Notes: generated from the letters alone by a model not told the origin. A DNA stretch of 64,000 nucleotides from a virus (IMGVR_UViG_3300049009_000811:51720-115719); one strand, 5' to 3'; positions 1 through 9,569 are shown, counted from the stretch's first letter. A program made the numbers and translations.

Positions 1-80
1 GGTTCTCGTCCGAAGAGGACGACGTACGCGCCCGCGAGGCGATCGCGGACCGGTACGAGGTCAACTGGAGCGAGGAATAG
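1..80 (+). CDS. 3' end of a hypothetical protein (partial)
   Basis: Open frame ...FSSEEDDVRAREAIADRYEVNWSEE* ending at TAG 78-80, with codon style like neighbouring genes. Confidence 0.5.
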   Translation, partial: FSSEEDDVRAREAIADRYEVNWSEE

Positions 81-121
81 ACCGGTAGCCCCGACCACGG
101 GGCTTCACCTTTACCCCGGAA

Positions 122-417
122 ACCGGTGTACTGACCTCCGGAGCCCGGCACCCATGTCGCCGACCGGGTCCGGACCCTTCGGGCTGCGCGGACCGTGGCG
201 GTCATTCCCCCTATATATATTGTATCAGGCGAGACGTCCGCCGGGAACGGGCGAGCCGAAGGGTCCAGCCGTTCGCCGGATACCCGGCACCCCATGGTCA
301 CGCGGACCGGGGGATCAAGCCCGGTCCGCGTGAAGCTACGCGTAAACATACTCAACGAGCCGGGCTAGTCGCCCGGCTTAACTTGGACCGGCGACCGGTG
401 TACTGACCTCCGGAGCC
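122..417. repeat. 24-bp direct repeat ACCGGTGTACTGACCTCCGGAGCC (122-145, 394-417) flanking hairpins
   Basis: Exact repeat read directly; perfect 14-bp stem at 298-311/320-333 and 8-bp stem at 358-365/371-378. Confidence 0.85.
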
Positions 418-451
418 GGGCTACGTCTTACAGGTCGGATGGGGGGATAGC

Positions 452-826
452 ATGCGCAAGGAAAACACGAAGGGTCTCGAGGGTTACAGGCTGTCGTACG
501 TCACCAGGAAGAACGGGGTCGTCAAGACCATCACCGGCTACTGGGACGAGGACCTGTACTGGCTCATAGAGGACGCGAAGACGGACGAGGGGTTCGTCGC
601 GGTCGTCAGGGAGGCTGTCTTCCGCGGCGACACGGGATCCAGGGTCGTGCCGACCGGGACGCTGCACGGGATGATACCCGAGAGTTTCACGCTGGGCGAA
701 CTGGGATACTCGGAGATACCCATGGCTATCCCGGTGGAAGCCGGCGACGGCATACCCATGGCTATACCTGTCGGAACTGACGGGGAGCTCGACGGGGACG
801 AGCCGTGGGTCCTCAAGATGGTGTGA
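452..826 (+). CDS. hypothetical protein with internal IPMAIPV duplication
   Basis: ORF with G-rich SD; IPMAIPVEAGDG/IPMAIPVGTDG repeat. Confidence 0.7.
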   Translation: MRKENTKGLEGYRLSYVTRKNGVVKTITGYWDEDLYWLIEDAKTDEGFVAVVREAVFRGDTGSRVVPTGTLHGMIPESFTLGELGYSEIPMAIPVEAGDGIPMAIPVGTDGELDGDEPWVLKMV

Positions 827-1174
827 AGCGTTTTTTTGGCAAAGATTCTTTTGCGTAAATTAATTCGGAAAACCCCGGGGGGAAGACCGGGGGTGGGTAC
901 CCCCCGCCACCTATTACTGCCCCCTTTTGCTTGACCCTCCCCTTTTTGCAAAACCGGGGGAAGGGGAACCCGGAATTCTCCCGGCGGGGCTGTGGGATTG
1001 CGGAAAACCCCCGGAGAAAAAAAATCGCCGGGGGTTTTTCCGTTCTGTCTGTGGGGGAAAACGGTTTCTTCATGGGGCATCCGCAGGAATGGGATTGATG
1101 CGGTAGACTTTCCAGGCAGATAAAATCATGTTTGGCGCCCATCCGAATCGTTGACGCCAAGTTTGGTTTCCGCT

Positions 1175-1588
1175 TTACGCGAGTTTCTTGCCGCAGGACG
1201 CGCATTCCAGGCTTTCGATCGAGTTGATGAAAGCGCAGTCCCCGCACTTCTTCGTCTCGTTAACCTTTATGGTCAAGAGGTGAGCCTTGAGAGCCCCGAC
1301 CAGTGCGCCGAGCAGCTTCTTTCCCGATGGATGGAGCTGGGTCGTGTTCAGCATGCCGTCAAGGTGGCTTGCGAGCTGGTTTTTGACGGAGTTGGCGTCG
1401 GTGCCCGGCAGACCGCCGCCGCACCCGTGGCAAGTGCCGCCCGGGGCGTTGCCCTCGGTGCCGCAGACCATGCACTTGATCGCTTGGGGCGCCGCTTCCT
1501 CCAGGAAGCCGTACGATACGTTCTCCTGCTTGACGCCGAGACCCCTCGATATAGTGTTCCACCATTCCTTCTCAGATAAGTTGTTCAT
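1175..1588 (-). CDS. double zinc-ribbon protein
   Basis: CMVC..CHGC and CGDC..CASC pairs; SD AAGGAG before ATG 1588. Confidence 0.7.
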   Translation of the reverse strand: MNNLSEKEWWNTISRGLGVKQENVSYGFLEEAAPQAIKCMVCGTEGNAPGGTCHGCGGGLPGTDANSVKNQLASHLDGMLNTTQLHPSGKKLLGALVGALKAHLLTIKVNETKKCGDCAFINSIESLECASCGKKLA

Positions 1589-1663
1589 GATGCTCCTTTC
1601 CGTTATATATGTCGGAGTATTCAAGTTTGCCTACAATATATATTCGCATTCCGAGGGGGGAAG

Positions 1664-2503
1664 ATGCTGAAGCACGACCTGTTGGGCGATGACGAATGGG
1701 TTTTGATCAATCAAAGATGTCACGGGCAATTGGGCGACATCGTAATGTCTCTCAACCTGATGTACAACTTGGGAGTGGAGACAGGACGAAGGTTCGAGAT
1801 TGTCTGTTACGATGGCGCGGCAAGCCAGCTCCTCGATCTTTTCGATTACGGAATCTCGAGGCGGTCGGGAAATGCCCCAGTCGGTTCCGGAAACGAGCTT
1901 GGTCGTTCCGGGGATATAAACATCCTGCTGGATTCATCCTACCACTCCGTGTACGGAAAGATTGGCGGTCCCGAACGCTCGGCTATCGCCGCGCCGTGGG
2001 GCGTGGAGCTATACGGATTCTCCCCCGACAGGGTTTCCTGCTCAGCCTTCCCGCACAAGTTGAGGTCGTTCCGCCTCCCCCCGCGCAAGGTGAGCGCGTC
2101 TGGCGCGCGCGGAACGGCGTGCTGCCAGATGGACACCCGCTCCGCGCATCCTGGAAAGGACAGGTTCTCCACGGAGGAGGTCGACATGGCGAACTCCATG
2201 TTCGGCGGGAGGGACTCCGTCCACATCGGCGGACCGGGCACGGACGCGTACACCGGGGGATTGCGGACCCACTACGCCGCGCTGCGCGAGCAGAGCGAGT
2301 TCATCTTGGGATGCAGCGGGTTCTACGGGATCGACAGCGGCATGTCGCACCTCGCAGGGACTCTGGGAATGCCAGGCGACGTGGTGATACAGAATTCCGG
2401 CGAATTCGAATCTTTAAGTTACATGTACGGGTTGATGTACCCTAGCCTGCGGGTTCACAGGAGGTCGGTTCTGGAAGGAGTCGTGGGGAGAGAGCCTCGA
2501 TAA
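1664..2503 (+). CDS. glycosyltransferase family 9-like (GT-B) protein, paralogue 1
   Basis: N-terminal GQLGDIVM and C-terminal FYGIDSGMSHLAG, typical of heptosyltransferase-like GT9. Confidence 0.7.
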   Translation: MLKHDLLGDDEWVLINQRCHGQLGDIVMSLNLMYNLGVETGRRFEIVCYDGAASQLLDLFDYGISRRSGNAPVGSGNELGRSGDINILLDSSYHSVYGKIGGPERSAIAAPWGVELYGFSPDRVSCSAFPHKLRSFRLPPRKVSASGARGTACCQMDTRSAHPGKDRFSTEEVDMANSMFGGRDSVHIGGPGTDAYTGGLRTHYAALREQSEFILGCSGFYGIDSGMSHLAGTLGMPGDVVIQNSGEFESLSYMYGLMYPSLRVHRRSVLEGVVGREPR

Positions 2504-2536
2504 GGAAATTTCCGAATACATGTCCTAAGGGGGAAG

Positions 2537-3373
2537 ATGCTGAAACACGACCTGTCCGCCGGCGCCGAGGAGCGCCTCTACATTGGTTCGGGGATACACC
2601 TCGGCGACGTGATCATGTCGCTGAACATCATGTACAACCTGAGCCTCGAGAGCGGCGTGAGGTGCGCCGTCCCGTGTTCCGAGGGCGACAGGGTCAGCCA
2701 GCTCATGGGAATATTCGACTACGGCGGCGTCCTCGTAGGCTGCCCTTTGACGAAGACCAGGGGCACGCCGCGAGTCTGCCCCGGCACGTCCGCCTCCGAG
2801 GCTGTCTCGACCGCCAGCAGGCTCGTGGGAAGCACCAGGTCGAAGAGCCTCGGCGCGTTCATGCGCTGGAAGGCTGAGACGGAAGCGGGCAAGGAGTCCC
2901 CGCACATGTTGAGGTCTTTCCGGCTGCCGCCGAGCAGGGTCGAGCCTTCCGGGGTACGCGGGGCGAGGTGCTGCCAGATGAACACCAGTTCCCCCCTCCA
3001 TGGGAAGGAGAGGTTGTCGAAGATGGAGGTCGACATGGCGAACGCCCTGTTCGGCGGGAGGGACTCCGTCCACATCGGCGGACCTGGGACCGACACGTAC
3101 ACGGGCGGCTTGCGGACCCACTACGCCACGCTGCGCGAGCAGAGCGGGTTCATACTGGGGTGCAGCGGGTTCTACGGGATCGACAGCGGCATGTCGCACC
3201 TCGCCGGGTCTCTCGGTCTTGGGGGGGACGTGGTGATACAGGACACCAACGAGGAGGACATCGAGTGCATCACGGGGATGTACGGGTTCATGTACCCCGG
3301 GATGAGGACGCACAGGAGGTCGGTTCTGGGAGGGGTCGCCCCCGGGCGCGGGATGTCGGCGCTGCTACAGTGA
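2537..3373 (+). CDS. glycosyltransferase family 9-like protein, paralogue 2
   Basis: IHLGDVIM and FYGIDSGMSHLAG; C-terminal half nearly identical to 1664..2503. Confidence 0.7.
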   Translation: MLKHDLSAGAEERLYIGSGIHLGDVIMSLNIMYNLSLESGVRCAVPCSEGDRVSQLMGIFDYGGVLVGCPLTKTRGTPRVCPGTSASEAVSTASRLVGSTRSKSLGAFMRWKAETEAGKESPHMLRSFRLPPSRVEPSGVRGARCCQMNTSSPLHGKERLSKMEVDMANALFGGRDSVHIGGPGTDTYTGGLRTHYATLREQSGFILGCSGFYGIDSGMSHLAGSLGLGGDVVIQDTNEEDIECITGMYGFMYPGMRTHRRSVLGGVAPGRGMSALLQ

Positions 3374-3880
3374 GAACTTCGCGAGGAACAAATCTATGTC
3401 GGCGAGGAGGTCTATGTTGCTCTCCACCTTACCCCTGTCCCAGTCCCACCACCTTATCTCCATCAGCCTGTCTATCACGTCCCTCTCGAACCTGTACCTA
3501 ATGACCCTGGCGGGGTTCCCAGCCACCACGGCGAACGGGGGGACGTCCTTCGTGACGACCGCCCTGGCGCCCACGATGGACCCGTGACCGATGGTGGTGC
3601 CGCCGAATATCATCGCCTCCGTGCCGACCCAGCAGTCCGAGCCTATCTCGATCGGACCCTTGTCCCTGCCCGTCGGGTAGTTCGAGTCCGGGTAGTGCGA
3701 CCTGAACCTGAAGTTGCTCACGGTCGGGTGGTCCGCGGAGGCGTGGTCTATCGGACCGCCGCAGAGGAAGGTGACCCTCCTGGCTATCCCGGAGTAGTTC
3801 CCCACGGTTATCCGCCCGTTCGGGAAGTACACGACGCAGTCCTGGTTTATTGTCGATAGCGTGCCAAGGGTTATCCCCAT
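3365..3880 (-). CDS. CatB/Vat-like hexapeptide-repeat O-acetyltransferase
   Basis: IEIGSDCWVG...IGHGSIVGARAVVTKDVPPFAVVAGNPARVIRYRF...RWWDW; start 3880 after GGAGA. Confidence 0.9.
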   Translation of the reverse strand: MGITLGTLSTINQDCVVYFPNGRITVGNYSGIARRVTFLCGGPIDHASADHPTVSNFRFRSHYPDSNYPTGRDKGPIEIGSDCWVGTEAMIFGGTTIGHGSIVGARAVVTKDVPPFAVVAGNPARVIRYRFERDVIDRLMEIRWWDWDRGKVESNIDLLADIDLFLAKFSL

Positions 3881-3987
3881 TCGTCTGTCTCCGGTTGGAA
3901 CACGTTGCGCGGTGCGCTGTTTCGCCGCTGGCATCATAGCGGATCTTAGCCTCGCCTCCAAGGCGTTTTTCGCGGGGACAATTGGAA

Positions 3988-4016
3988 TTGACGTGTTTTT
4001 TCGGTTCTGCTAGATT
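3988..4016 (+). promoter_or_regulatory. sigma70-like promoter
   Basis: TTGACG-17 bp-TAGATT with TGn extension, upstream of the AT-rich gene at 4118. Confidence 0.55.
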
Positions 4017-4117
4017 CACGCATCGCGTCGGGACGAAGAATTGCCGTGGGTGGGAATTCCGAAGAGGCAACGCGTTGTTGCCGCCCGGGGCGGTTCAAAA
4101 AGAAAGGTAACAATGTC

Positions 4118-4825
4118 ATGTATTCAAAAGAAAATGTCAGCCGCCTCATGGGTAGCGATGAATCAATTTATAATGCGGGAAATTTTGATCCCATTGGAAC
4201 ACTCGACAAGAATATAAATTTTATAAACGAAAAGTACAATGGACAATTCAATAAAACAGAGGTTTTGTCGACATCATACACAGAGGGCGACAAAGAATTT
4301 GCGGTCATCACATGTCGCGACATGACATGTTTAAATGAAAACAAACTTTTAATGTATCTTACCACTGGGAAAGATGCAAAAAGATTAATGCCGAAAATTC
4401 AAATGGCAGTTAACGAAAACAAGCAACTGTCATTTGTGGAATTTGTGATGTTTCTTTCCTTTAATGATATTGAAACCGAAAGAGATGCTTTTGGAGTTGA
4501 TTCGAATGAAGATGGGCAAATGGAAAAATTCAAATCTTCAGTAACAGGATACAAGCATGACCCATTGTATCCTCCTCTGCCAAAAGAACCCCATGGTTCC
4601 TTGTCCGGCATAGGGTTCATCTATGACGAAGATATGGACGAAAGGGTTTTAATGGCAATAGAACTAGTAAAACACATGAAAAACGTCGTGGCAGTTCATG
4701 AGCATCAAGGCACTTTGGCAATTTACAGTAAAGATCCTTGCGAAATGGAAGAAATAGAAGTGTATGGCGACAATTGGTCTGTTGACAACTATGTGCCAGA
4801 AAACGGAAAATGGGTCGAAGTATAG
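4118..4825 (+). CDS. hypothetical protein (AT-rich island)
   Basis: Long ORF, SD AGAAAGG, AT-rich codons. Confidence 0.75.
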   Translation: MYSKENVSRLMGSDESIYNAGNFDPIGTLDKNINFINEKYNGQFNKTEVLSTSYTEGDKEFAVITCRDMTCLNENKLLMYLTTGKDAKRLMPKIQMAVNENKQLSFVEFVMFLSFNDIETERDAFGVDSNEDGQMEKFKSSVTGYKHDPLYPPLPKEPHGSLSGIGFIYDEDMDERVLMAIELVKHMKNVVAVHEHQGTLAIYSKDPCEMEEIEVYGDNWSVDNYVPENGKWVEV

Positions 4826-4944
4826 AAAATGAGACTCCATTCCATAAAAGGCATTCCCTTGGAACACGTAAGGTCGATATTGTATGAAAACAAAGTTAGA
4901 TGAAGAATTGTATTCTAAATTCTAAACCGCACAATTAAAATCAT

Positions 4945-5280
4945 ATGGAGACAAACGACATGGCGACTATTGATGAAGTCATAGAAGAATTACAAGAAAT
5001 GAAGAATCAAAAAGGGAATACAGGAGAAACAAGAATTATACCTTGTATTTTCAAAAAGGAAGATTTCAAAATATCCCCAGAAGAATGGGATGAGTATATG
5101 GAATCATACTCATTCGTGGGACCCGGAGTTGAGCCCCATCTCCATATGGATATCCGATATAAAATCAGCGAACACATTAAAGAACATGTGACTATGGTGT
5201 CGAAATATAGAGAACAACAAAAAGAATATAGAGAACAACAAAAAGGACGCCGCAAGGGTGGCAGCCGAAGCCAGGAATAA
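4945..5280 (+). CDS. hypothetical protein (AT-rich island)
   Basis: ORF with YREQQK duplication. Confidence 0.65.
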   Translation: METNDMATIDEVIEELQEMKNQKGNTGETRIIPCIFKKEDFKISPEEWDEYMESYSFVGPGVEPHLHMDIRYKISEHIKEHVTMVSKYREQQKEYREQQKGRRKGGSRSQE

Positions 5281-5307
5281 GATGCACGGCACTTTCGGGA
5301 GGGTGAA

Positions 5308-5532
5308 ATGATACACGAGTTCAGGAACCCCATGCCGGTGGAGACGCCCCTGGGCTACGGCATGCTGGTGTACGTGAGGGACGGCGGCGCGTTCTCCAAC
5401 GACGTGTTCGCCATAGTCTCCGAGTCGGACGGCGTGCTGCGCCACTACCGCAGCGGTCAGTTCAGGTTCCTCCCGAACCCGACTTTCGACATCCAGAACA
5501 GGGGCGAGATCAGGGAAACCAAGGACATATAG
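5308..5532 (+). CDS. small hypothetical phage protein
   Basis: SD GGAGG; MIHEFRNPMPVETPLGYG. Confidence 0.75.
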   Translation: MIHEFRNPMPVETPLGYGMLVYVRDGGAFSNDVFAIVSESDGVLRHYRSGQFRFLPNPTFDIQNRGEIRETKDI

Positions 5533-5547
5533 GAACAGGAGGTCCAC

Positions 5548-5760
5548 ATGGACACTTTCGAGAACGCGTCGCCGCCCCACGAGCAGCCGGACAAGGTGCT
5601 GGCGAGATGCTGGGAATGCGGCGAGACGAAAATGTGCTTCGAGCACATCGTCTGCTGCACGGGAACACACTTCCACACCTGCGTGAAGTGCAGGGAAGCC
5701 ATAAACCGCAGGGAATACGTCTATTCCCATACCGAACCGGGGGCGGAATCCAATGCCTAA
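5548..5760 (+). CDS. Cys-rich zinc-finger protein
   Basis: CWEC...CVKC; SD AGGAGG. Confidence 0.7.
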   Translation: MDTFENASPPHEQPDKVLARCWECGETKMCFEHIVCCTGTHFHTCVKCREAINRREYVYSHTEPGAESNA

Positions 5761-5911
5761 CGTTAACCCACCACCAGTGAGCCTCGCGCTCGCCCCGCAC
5801 CTCGTCCTGATACTGGAGCAGATAAGGAGCGAGGATCTGCCCCTTTACGAGGAGATACTCCGCACGATAGAGCTGAAACTCCAGACCCTCGAAACAGGCA
5901 AGGCTTTATAA
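5753..5911 (+). CDS. small hypothetical protein (52 aa)
   Basis: MPNVNPPPVSLALAPHLVLILEQIRSEDL...; fills the gap between coupled genes (below the ORF-track cutoff). Confidence 0.6.
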   Translation: MPNVNPPPVSLALAPHLVLILEQIRSEDLPLYEEILRTIELKLQTLETGKAL

Positions 5912-5921
5912 AGGAGAGGAC

Positions 5922-6395
5922 ATGGCGTCATCGCCCTTCATCAACGACATACCGGCTGCGTACATCCGTTCCGTGCTAGAGATAGACCCGGGGAGCGAGA
6001 CCGGTCTCACCTGGAAGCCCAGGGAGTCCGCCCCCAAGCAGTGGAACACCAGGTACGCCGGGAAGTCTGCCGGCTACAGGCACGCCTCCAAGAACACGGA
6101 GAGGGAGACGTGGAGGGTCGACGTCAAGTACGGGGAGAAGGTCTTCAAGCTGTACGCCCACCGCCTAGTCTGGCTTCTGAAGGAGGGGGAGATAGACCCC
6201 GACTTAGAGATCGACCACGCCAACGGGAATCCCCTGGACAACGGGGTTGAGAACCTGAGGCTGGACACCAAGTCTAGGAACACGCGGAACAGGAAAGCGC
6301 GCCCGCGGTTTCCCCATGGTCTCCATCCAGTTTTCCCAGTAACCTATCCCGAGCCGGCGCGGGCGCCGGCTGCAACCGAAAGGATTTCGCGATGA
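5922..6395 (+). CDS. HNH homing endonuclease-like protein
   Basis: AHRLVW...EIDHANGNPLDNGVENLR (HNH_3 motif). Confidence 0.9.
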   Translation: MASSPFINDIPAAYIRSVLEIDPGSETGLTWKPRESAPKQWNTRYAGKSAGYRHASKNTERETWRVDVKYGEKVFKLYAHRLVWLLKEGEIDPDLEIDHANGNPLDNGVENLRLDTKSRNTRNRKARPRFPHGLHPVFPVTYPEPARAPAATERISR

Positions 6396-6535
6396 ACACG
6401 ATTGAGTTTTTCCAGGAACTGGCGTATGATGCGTTCACGGTGCCGCTGTTCTGGCTCCTGCGCAACTGGGCTACCGCCCTGCCGGCAGCCATGTTCGCCG
6501 GGACCGCGCTTGCGGTAGCGCTCCTGCTTTCCTGA
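6392..6535 (+). CDS. small membrane protein (47 aa)
   Basis: ATGA overlap with the HNH gene; hydrophobic MNTIEFFQELAYDAFTVPLFWLL...AVALLLS. Confidence 0.55.
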   Translation: MNTIEFFQELAYDAFTVPLFWLLRNWATALPAAMFAGTALAVALLLS

Positions 6536-6559
6536 AACCTTTCCCCGGAGGACGACCAG

Positions 6560-6922
6560 ATGTCGAAGATGAGCAACCTTCTCGAAGCCGCGGAGGCTGC
6601 CAGGGCGGCAGCCAAGGCTTCCGACGTGGCGCACGACGCCTACCTTTCCTACTCCAACGCGGTCTTAGCCTCGTACAGGTGCAACCTGAAGGTCGTCATC
6701 GCCTCGCTCAACTGCGAGACGGACCGCTCGGAGGAGAACCTCTCAGCCCTAGCCGAAGCCGAGTCGGAATCGTCCGAAGCGGACGCCGCGGCGAGCGGAG
6801 CAAGGTCTGGGGCGCTGGCTGCCGACCACTACGCCAAGGCTGCCGCGAGGAAGGCTTACGAGGCTAGCGTGAGGGACAAGGGGGCGAGGTTTCCCGGTCT
6901 CGGGCTGGGGCGAGGAAAATAG
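6560..6922 (+). CDS. Ala-rich helical hypothetical protein
   Basis: SD GGAGG, ORF. Confidence 0.6.
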   Translation: MSKMSNLLEAAEAARAAAKASDVAHDAYLSYSNAVLASYRCNLKVVIASLNCETDRSEENLSALAEAESESSEADAAASGARSGALAADHYAKAAARKAYEASVRDKGARFPGLGLGRGK

Positions 6923-6963
6923 ACAGAAAAGTTAATATGGACCCGCGGGTGGCTCGCCCGCCG

Positions 6964-7482
6964 TCACTTCTTCGTGACCGTTATGACGAATGTCCCGAAT
7001 TCCGTCCGCTTGCTCGCGCTGAACAGGGCGAACCCGTCATCCGCGCTCGACCTGTCCTTCAGTTCCTCGATCTCCTTGATGGCGTTTGTGTTGTCGAGGA
7101 ACTTGTTCTTCGAGCCGAAGTGCTTCACCGCCAGCACGTTGAACTGGTATTCGCCGAGGTCGAGCTTCTGGAACCCGGCGCCGTGGAGGGTTTGTCTGCC
7201 GCCCTTGCGCATCAGAGCCTCGAACCCTTTCTCCGTGGCGTAGTGTTCGATCAGGTCCCTCGCCTTCGCCGAGTACTGCTCCTCCTGGAGTCTGGCTGGG
7301 GCTACGGAGGGCAGAACGTGGGAGTACCCGGGCTTCTGCGGCTGTGCTTGCGGCTCGGCTCCGGAGGCGTCCCCGGCTAAAGCCCCGAGGGCGGCTAGCC
7401 CGCCGGCAGCCAGCTGCCGCAGGTTTATCTCGTTGTACAGGTCTTGGTCTCTCTCCCGCAGGAATTCGTTGAACGCGATCAT
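6964..7482 (-). CDS. putative head-internal protein with capsid-targeting-like leader and hydrophobic helix
   Basis: MIAFNEFLRE...NEINLRQLAAGGLAALGALAG. Confidence 0.7.
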   Translation of the reverse strand: MIAFNEFLRERDQDLYNEINLRQLAAGGLAALGALAGDASGAEPQAQPQKPGYSHVLPSVAPARLQEEQYSAKARDLIEHYATEKGFEALMRKGGRQTLHGAGFQKLDLGEYQFNVLAVKHFGSKNKFLDNTNAIKEIEELKDRSSADDGFALFSASKRTEFGTFVITVTKK

Positions 7483-7565
7483 GTCTTCACCTTCTCCCAG
7501 TGTTTTGGCGTATGCTTGTATGTATGCAATCGAGTAGAAAAGTTAATATGCCGGTCGCAAGGAAG

Positions 7566-8288
7566 TCATCGAGCCAACATCCTGAGCTTTTCCCTGTTGT
7601 CCACGTTGACGACATCGTCGAATCCTTCCTCGTTCGAGACATTCTCGAACGACCTCATCATTCTCTCGAGGACTTCCGGCGGGATGGTTTTCGATCCCCC
7701 CTGGAACTTTATCTCCCTCGACCTCTTGAACGCTATTTTCTGGATGACCTCCTCAGCCCCCTCGAAAGGGAAGACCACGGCGACCTTCTGGAACATCTCG
7801 TCCTTGCCAGCGACGGCGGAGAGAGCCTGGCTTCTCGCCCTCGCGGTCATGTTGGTCATGTCCACGACTATGTCCCTGCCCGAGGTGGCAGCCCCCGCCA
7901 TCTTGCCCTTGAGCTGTGCGTTTATGGAGGAGTTGGCTGCGAGTATCTTCGAGTACGACAGCGACTGCCATGGGACGGAAGGTGGGGACTTGACGACCGT
8001 GCCGTACTTGCCGTCCTCCGAGCCCTCGACCGAGCCTTCCGGCGGGGCTGAGAACATGTCGTCGTATGTCATGCCCATACCCTTCGCCACCTCCTCGGCT
8101 ATGGAGTCGCGGTTGATGATGTAAGGCTCGTCACGGAAGGTTTCCTTGATCCATGTCGATTTCCCCACCGCCGGCGGACCGACCAGGACGAATATGGTCT
8201 TCCTCTCCTCGGCGTCCTCGAGGTACTGGCTCTCCGTGATTATGCCTGCGAGGTAAAGCCTGTATTTGGGGTTGTCTTTGTTGTTCAT
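7566..8288 (-). CDS. P-loop kinase (AAA_33 / polynucleotide-kinase-like)
   Basis: Walker A GPPAVGKST, INRD, IVVDMTNM, KTIPPEV. Confidence 0.85.
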   Translation of the reverse strand: MNNKDNPKYRLYLAGIITESQYLEDAEERKTIFVLVGPPAVGKSTWIKETFRDEPYIINRDSIAEEVAKGMGMTYDDMFSAPPEGSVEGSEDGKYGTVVKSPPSVPWQSLSYSKILAANSSINAQLKGKMAGAATSGRDIVVDMTNMTARARSQALSAVAGKDEMFQKVAVVFPFEGAEEVIQKIAFKRSREIKFQGGSKTIPPEVLERMMRSFENVSNEEGFDDVVNVDNREKLRMLAR

Positions 8289-8347
8289 AGAAGAATTCGT
8301 CCTTTTCTGTCTGATCGATCATACTATTGATTTTATACTGAATATAT

Positions 8348-8911
8348 ATGGTCATGGAGAAATATAATTGGAAACATTTGATGGAGATAGAGCCGAGGTC
8401 TTCGGTGACTTTCGGGATGATCAAGCCTTTCCTGCTGCCGGAACACAAGGTCGTGCTGGACGTGTTCTGCGGCTTTGCCCCGCTGCACAAGCACATGGCT
8501 GACAGGGAATATTTCGGCTACGACTCGAGCGAGGAGGCGATATCGAGCCTCAGGAGGGATTTCCCGAGGGGCAACTGGAAAGTCCTCAGGGACAGCCAGT
8601 TCTCGTTCGACGGCAAGATCGATGTCTTCATCCACCTTGGCATATCGGCTGGGGAGAGGGATACGGACAGCAAGATCGAGACGGAGGTGGACTCGAGGAT
8701 AATAGGGTCGTGTTCGCCTTCTCTGGTCATTCTGGAGATGTGCGCCGGTCATTACGACCGCATAAAGGCTGCCAAGCTGCCGCACCATTGGGACGCCATA
8801 AACGAGCGTGTCGCCAGCAAGTACAGGCTGTTGGCTTCCGAGGCTTTCGATTCGGGCATAAAGAGGGAGTGCGTCGCCAAGAGGGTGATGAACATCTATG
8901 GGGTCGGCTGA
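8348..8911 (+). CDS. class I SAM-dependent methyltransferase
   Basis: VVLDVFCG motif I, YFGYDSSEEAI. Confidence 0.7.
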   Translation: MVMEKYNWKHLMEIEPRSSVTFGMIKPFLLPEHKVVLDVFCGFAPLHKHMADREYFGYDSSEEAISSLRRDFPRGNWKVLRDSQFSFDGKIDVFIHLGISAGERDTDSKIETEVDSRIIGSCSPSLVILEMCAGHYDRIKAAKLPHHWDAINERVASKYRLLASEAFDSGIKRECVAKRVMNIYGVG

Positions 8912-9558
8912 CCGGTTCGCCTTGCGAATCCCAGACCTGCGGCGAACGGTATGGACAGGAACTCGAAACTTTTTTTCGCCTCGTGGTCTGCCGTGATTTC
9001 CTCCCAGAACCGCTTGACGCCACATTTGCCGTATTTCGTCTCTTTCTCGACCGTTATGTCATGGAGAGCCATGTATCCGTCGTGGGCTAGGAGTTTCTCG
9101 CAGAAATGGAAGTCGTGCTTGACCCCTTCGTACGAGTGGTCGCCGTCGATGTAGATGTATTGGTACTTGGAGGGCGAGGAGAAGTTCTCCAGCCTCATGT
9201 TGTGTATCCTTATGATGTTCTGGCATCCGACTGGTTCCCAGTAGTCTTTCTTGGCTGTCTTCCAGATGCCGACCCCGCCCCAGGCGTTCGTCTCGTCGAT
9301 GCTGTAGCCCGCGTCGACGAAATCGACGGTCCCGGCTCCCTCGTCCCTGCAGGCTATGCCGCATATCGATGGAACGTATCCCCTTTGCGACCCGACGACC
9401 AGGACATTTGCCGGTCTTATGTTGCGGATGAAGGCGTAGTGGAAAAGACCGAACCCGAGGTTGTTTTTGGCGTAGTCGTTGTTGTGGTTCCTGTCGTGGT
9501 ATCTGTCCCTTATTGTTTTCGCGATGTTCGGGTTCGCGAACGGGTCGTGGTTTCCCAT
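8896..9558 (-). CDS. Methyltransf_24-like SAM methyltransferase
   Basis: YIYIDGDHSYEGVKHDF...GYMALHD...GVKRFW. Confidence 0.85.
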   Translation of the reverse strand: MGNHDPFANPNIAKTIRDRYHDRNHNNDYAKNNLGFGLFHYAFIRNIRPANVLVVGSQRGYVPSICGIACRDEGAGTVDFVDAGYSIDETNAWGGVGIWKTAKKDYWEPVGCQNIIRIHNMRLENFSSPSKYQYIYIDGDHSYEGVKHDFHFCEKLLAHDGYMALHDITVEKETKYGKCGVKRFWEEITADHEAKKSFEFLSIPFAAGLGFARRTGQPTP

Positions 9559-9569
9559 TGTTTCCCCCG

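Noticed and set aside
3365-3880. Antibiotic resistance gene (cat/vat)
   Set aside because: The family signature is shared with sugar O-acetyltransferases, and the context next to glycosyltransferases favours glycan acetylation.
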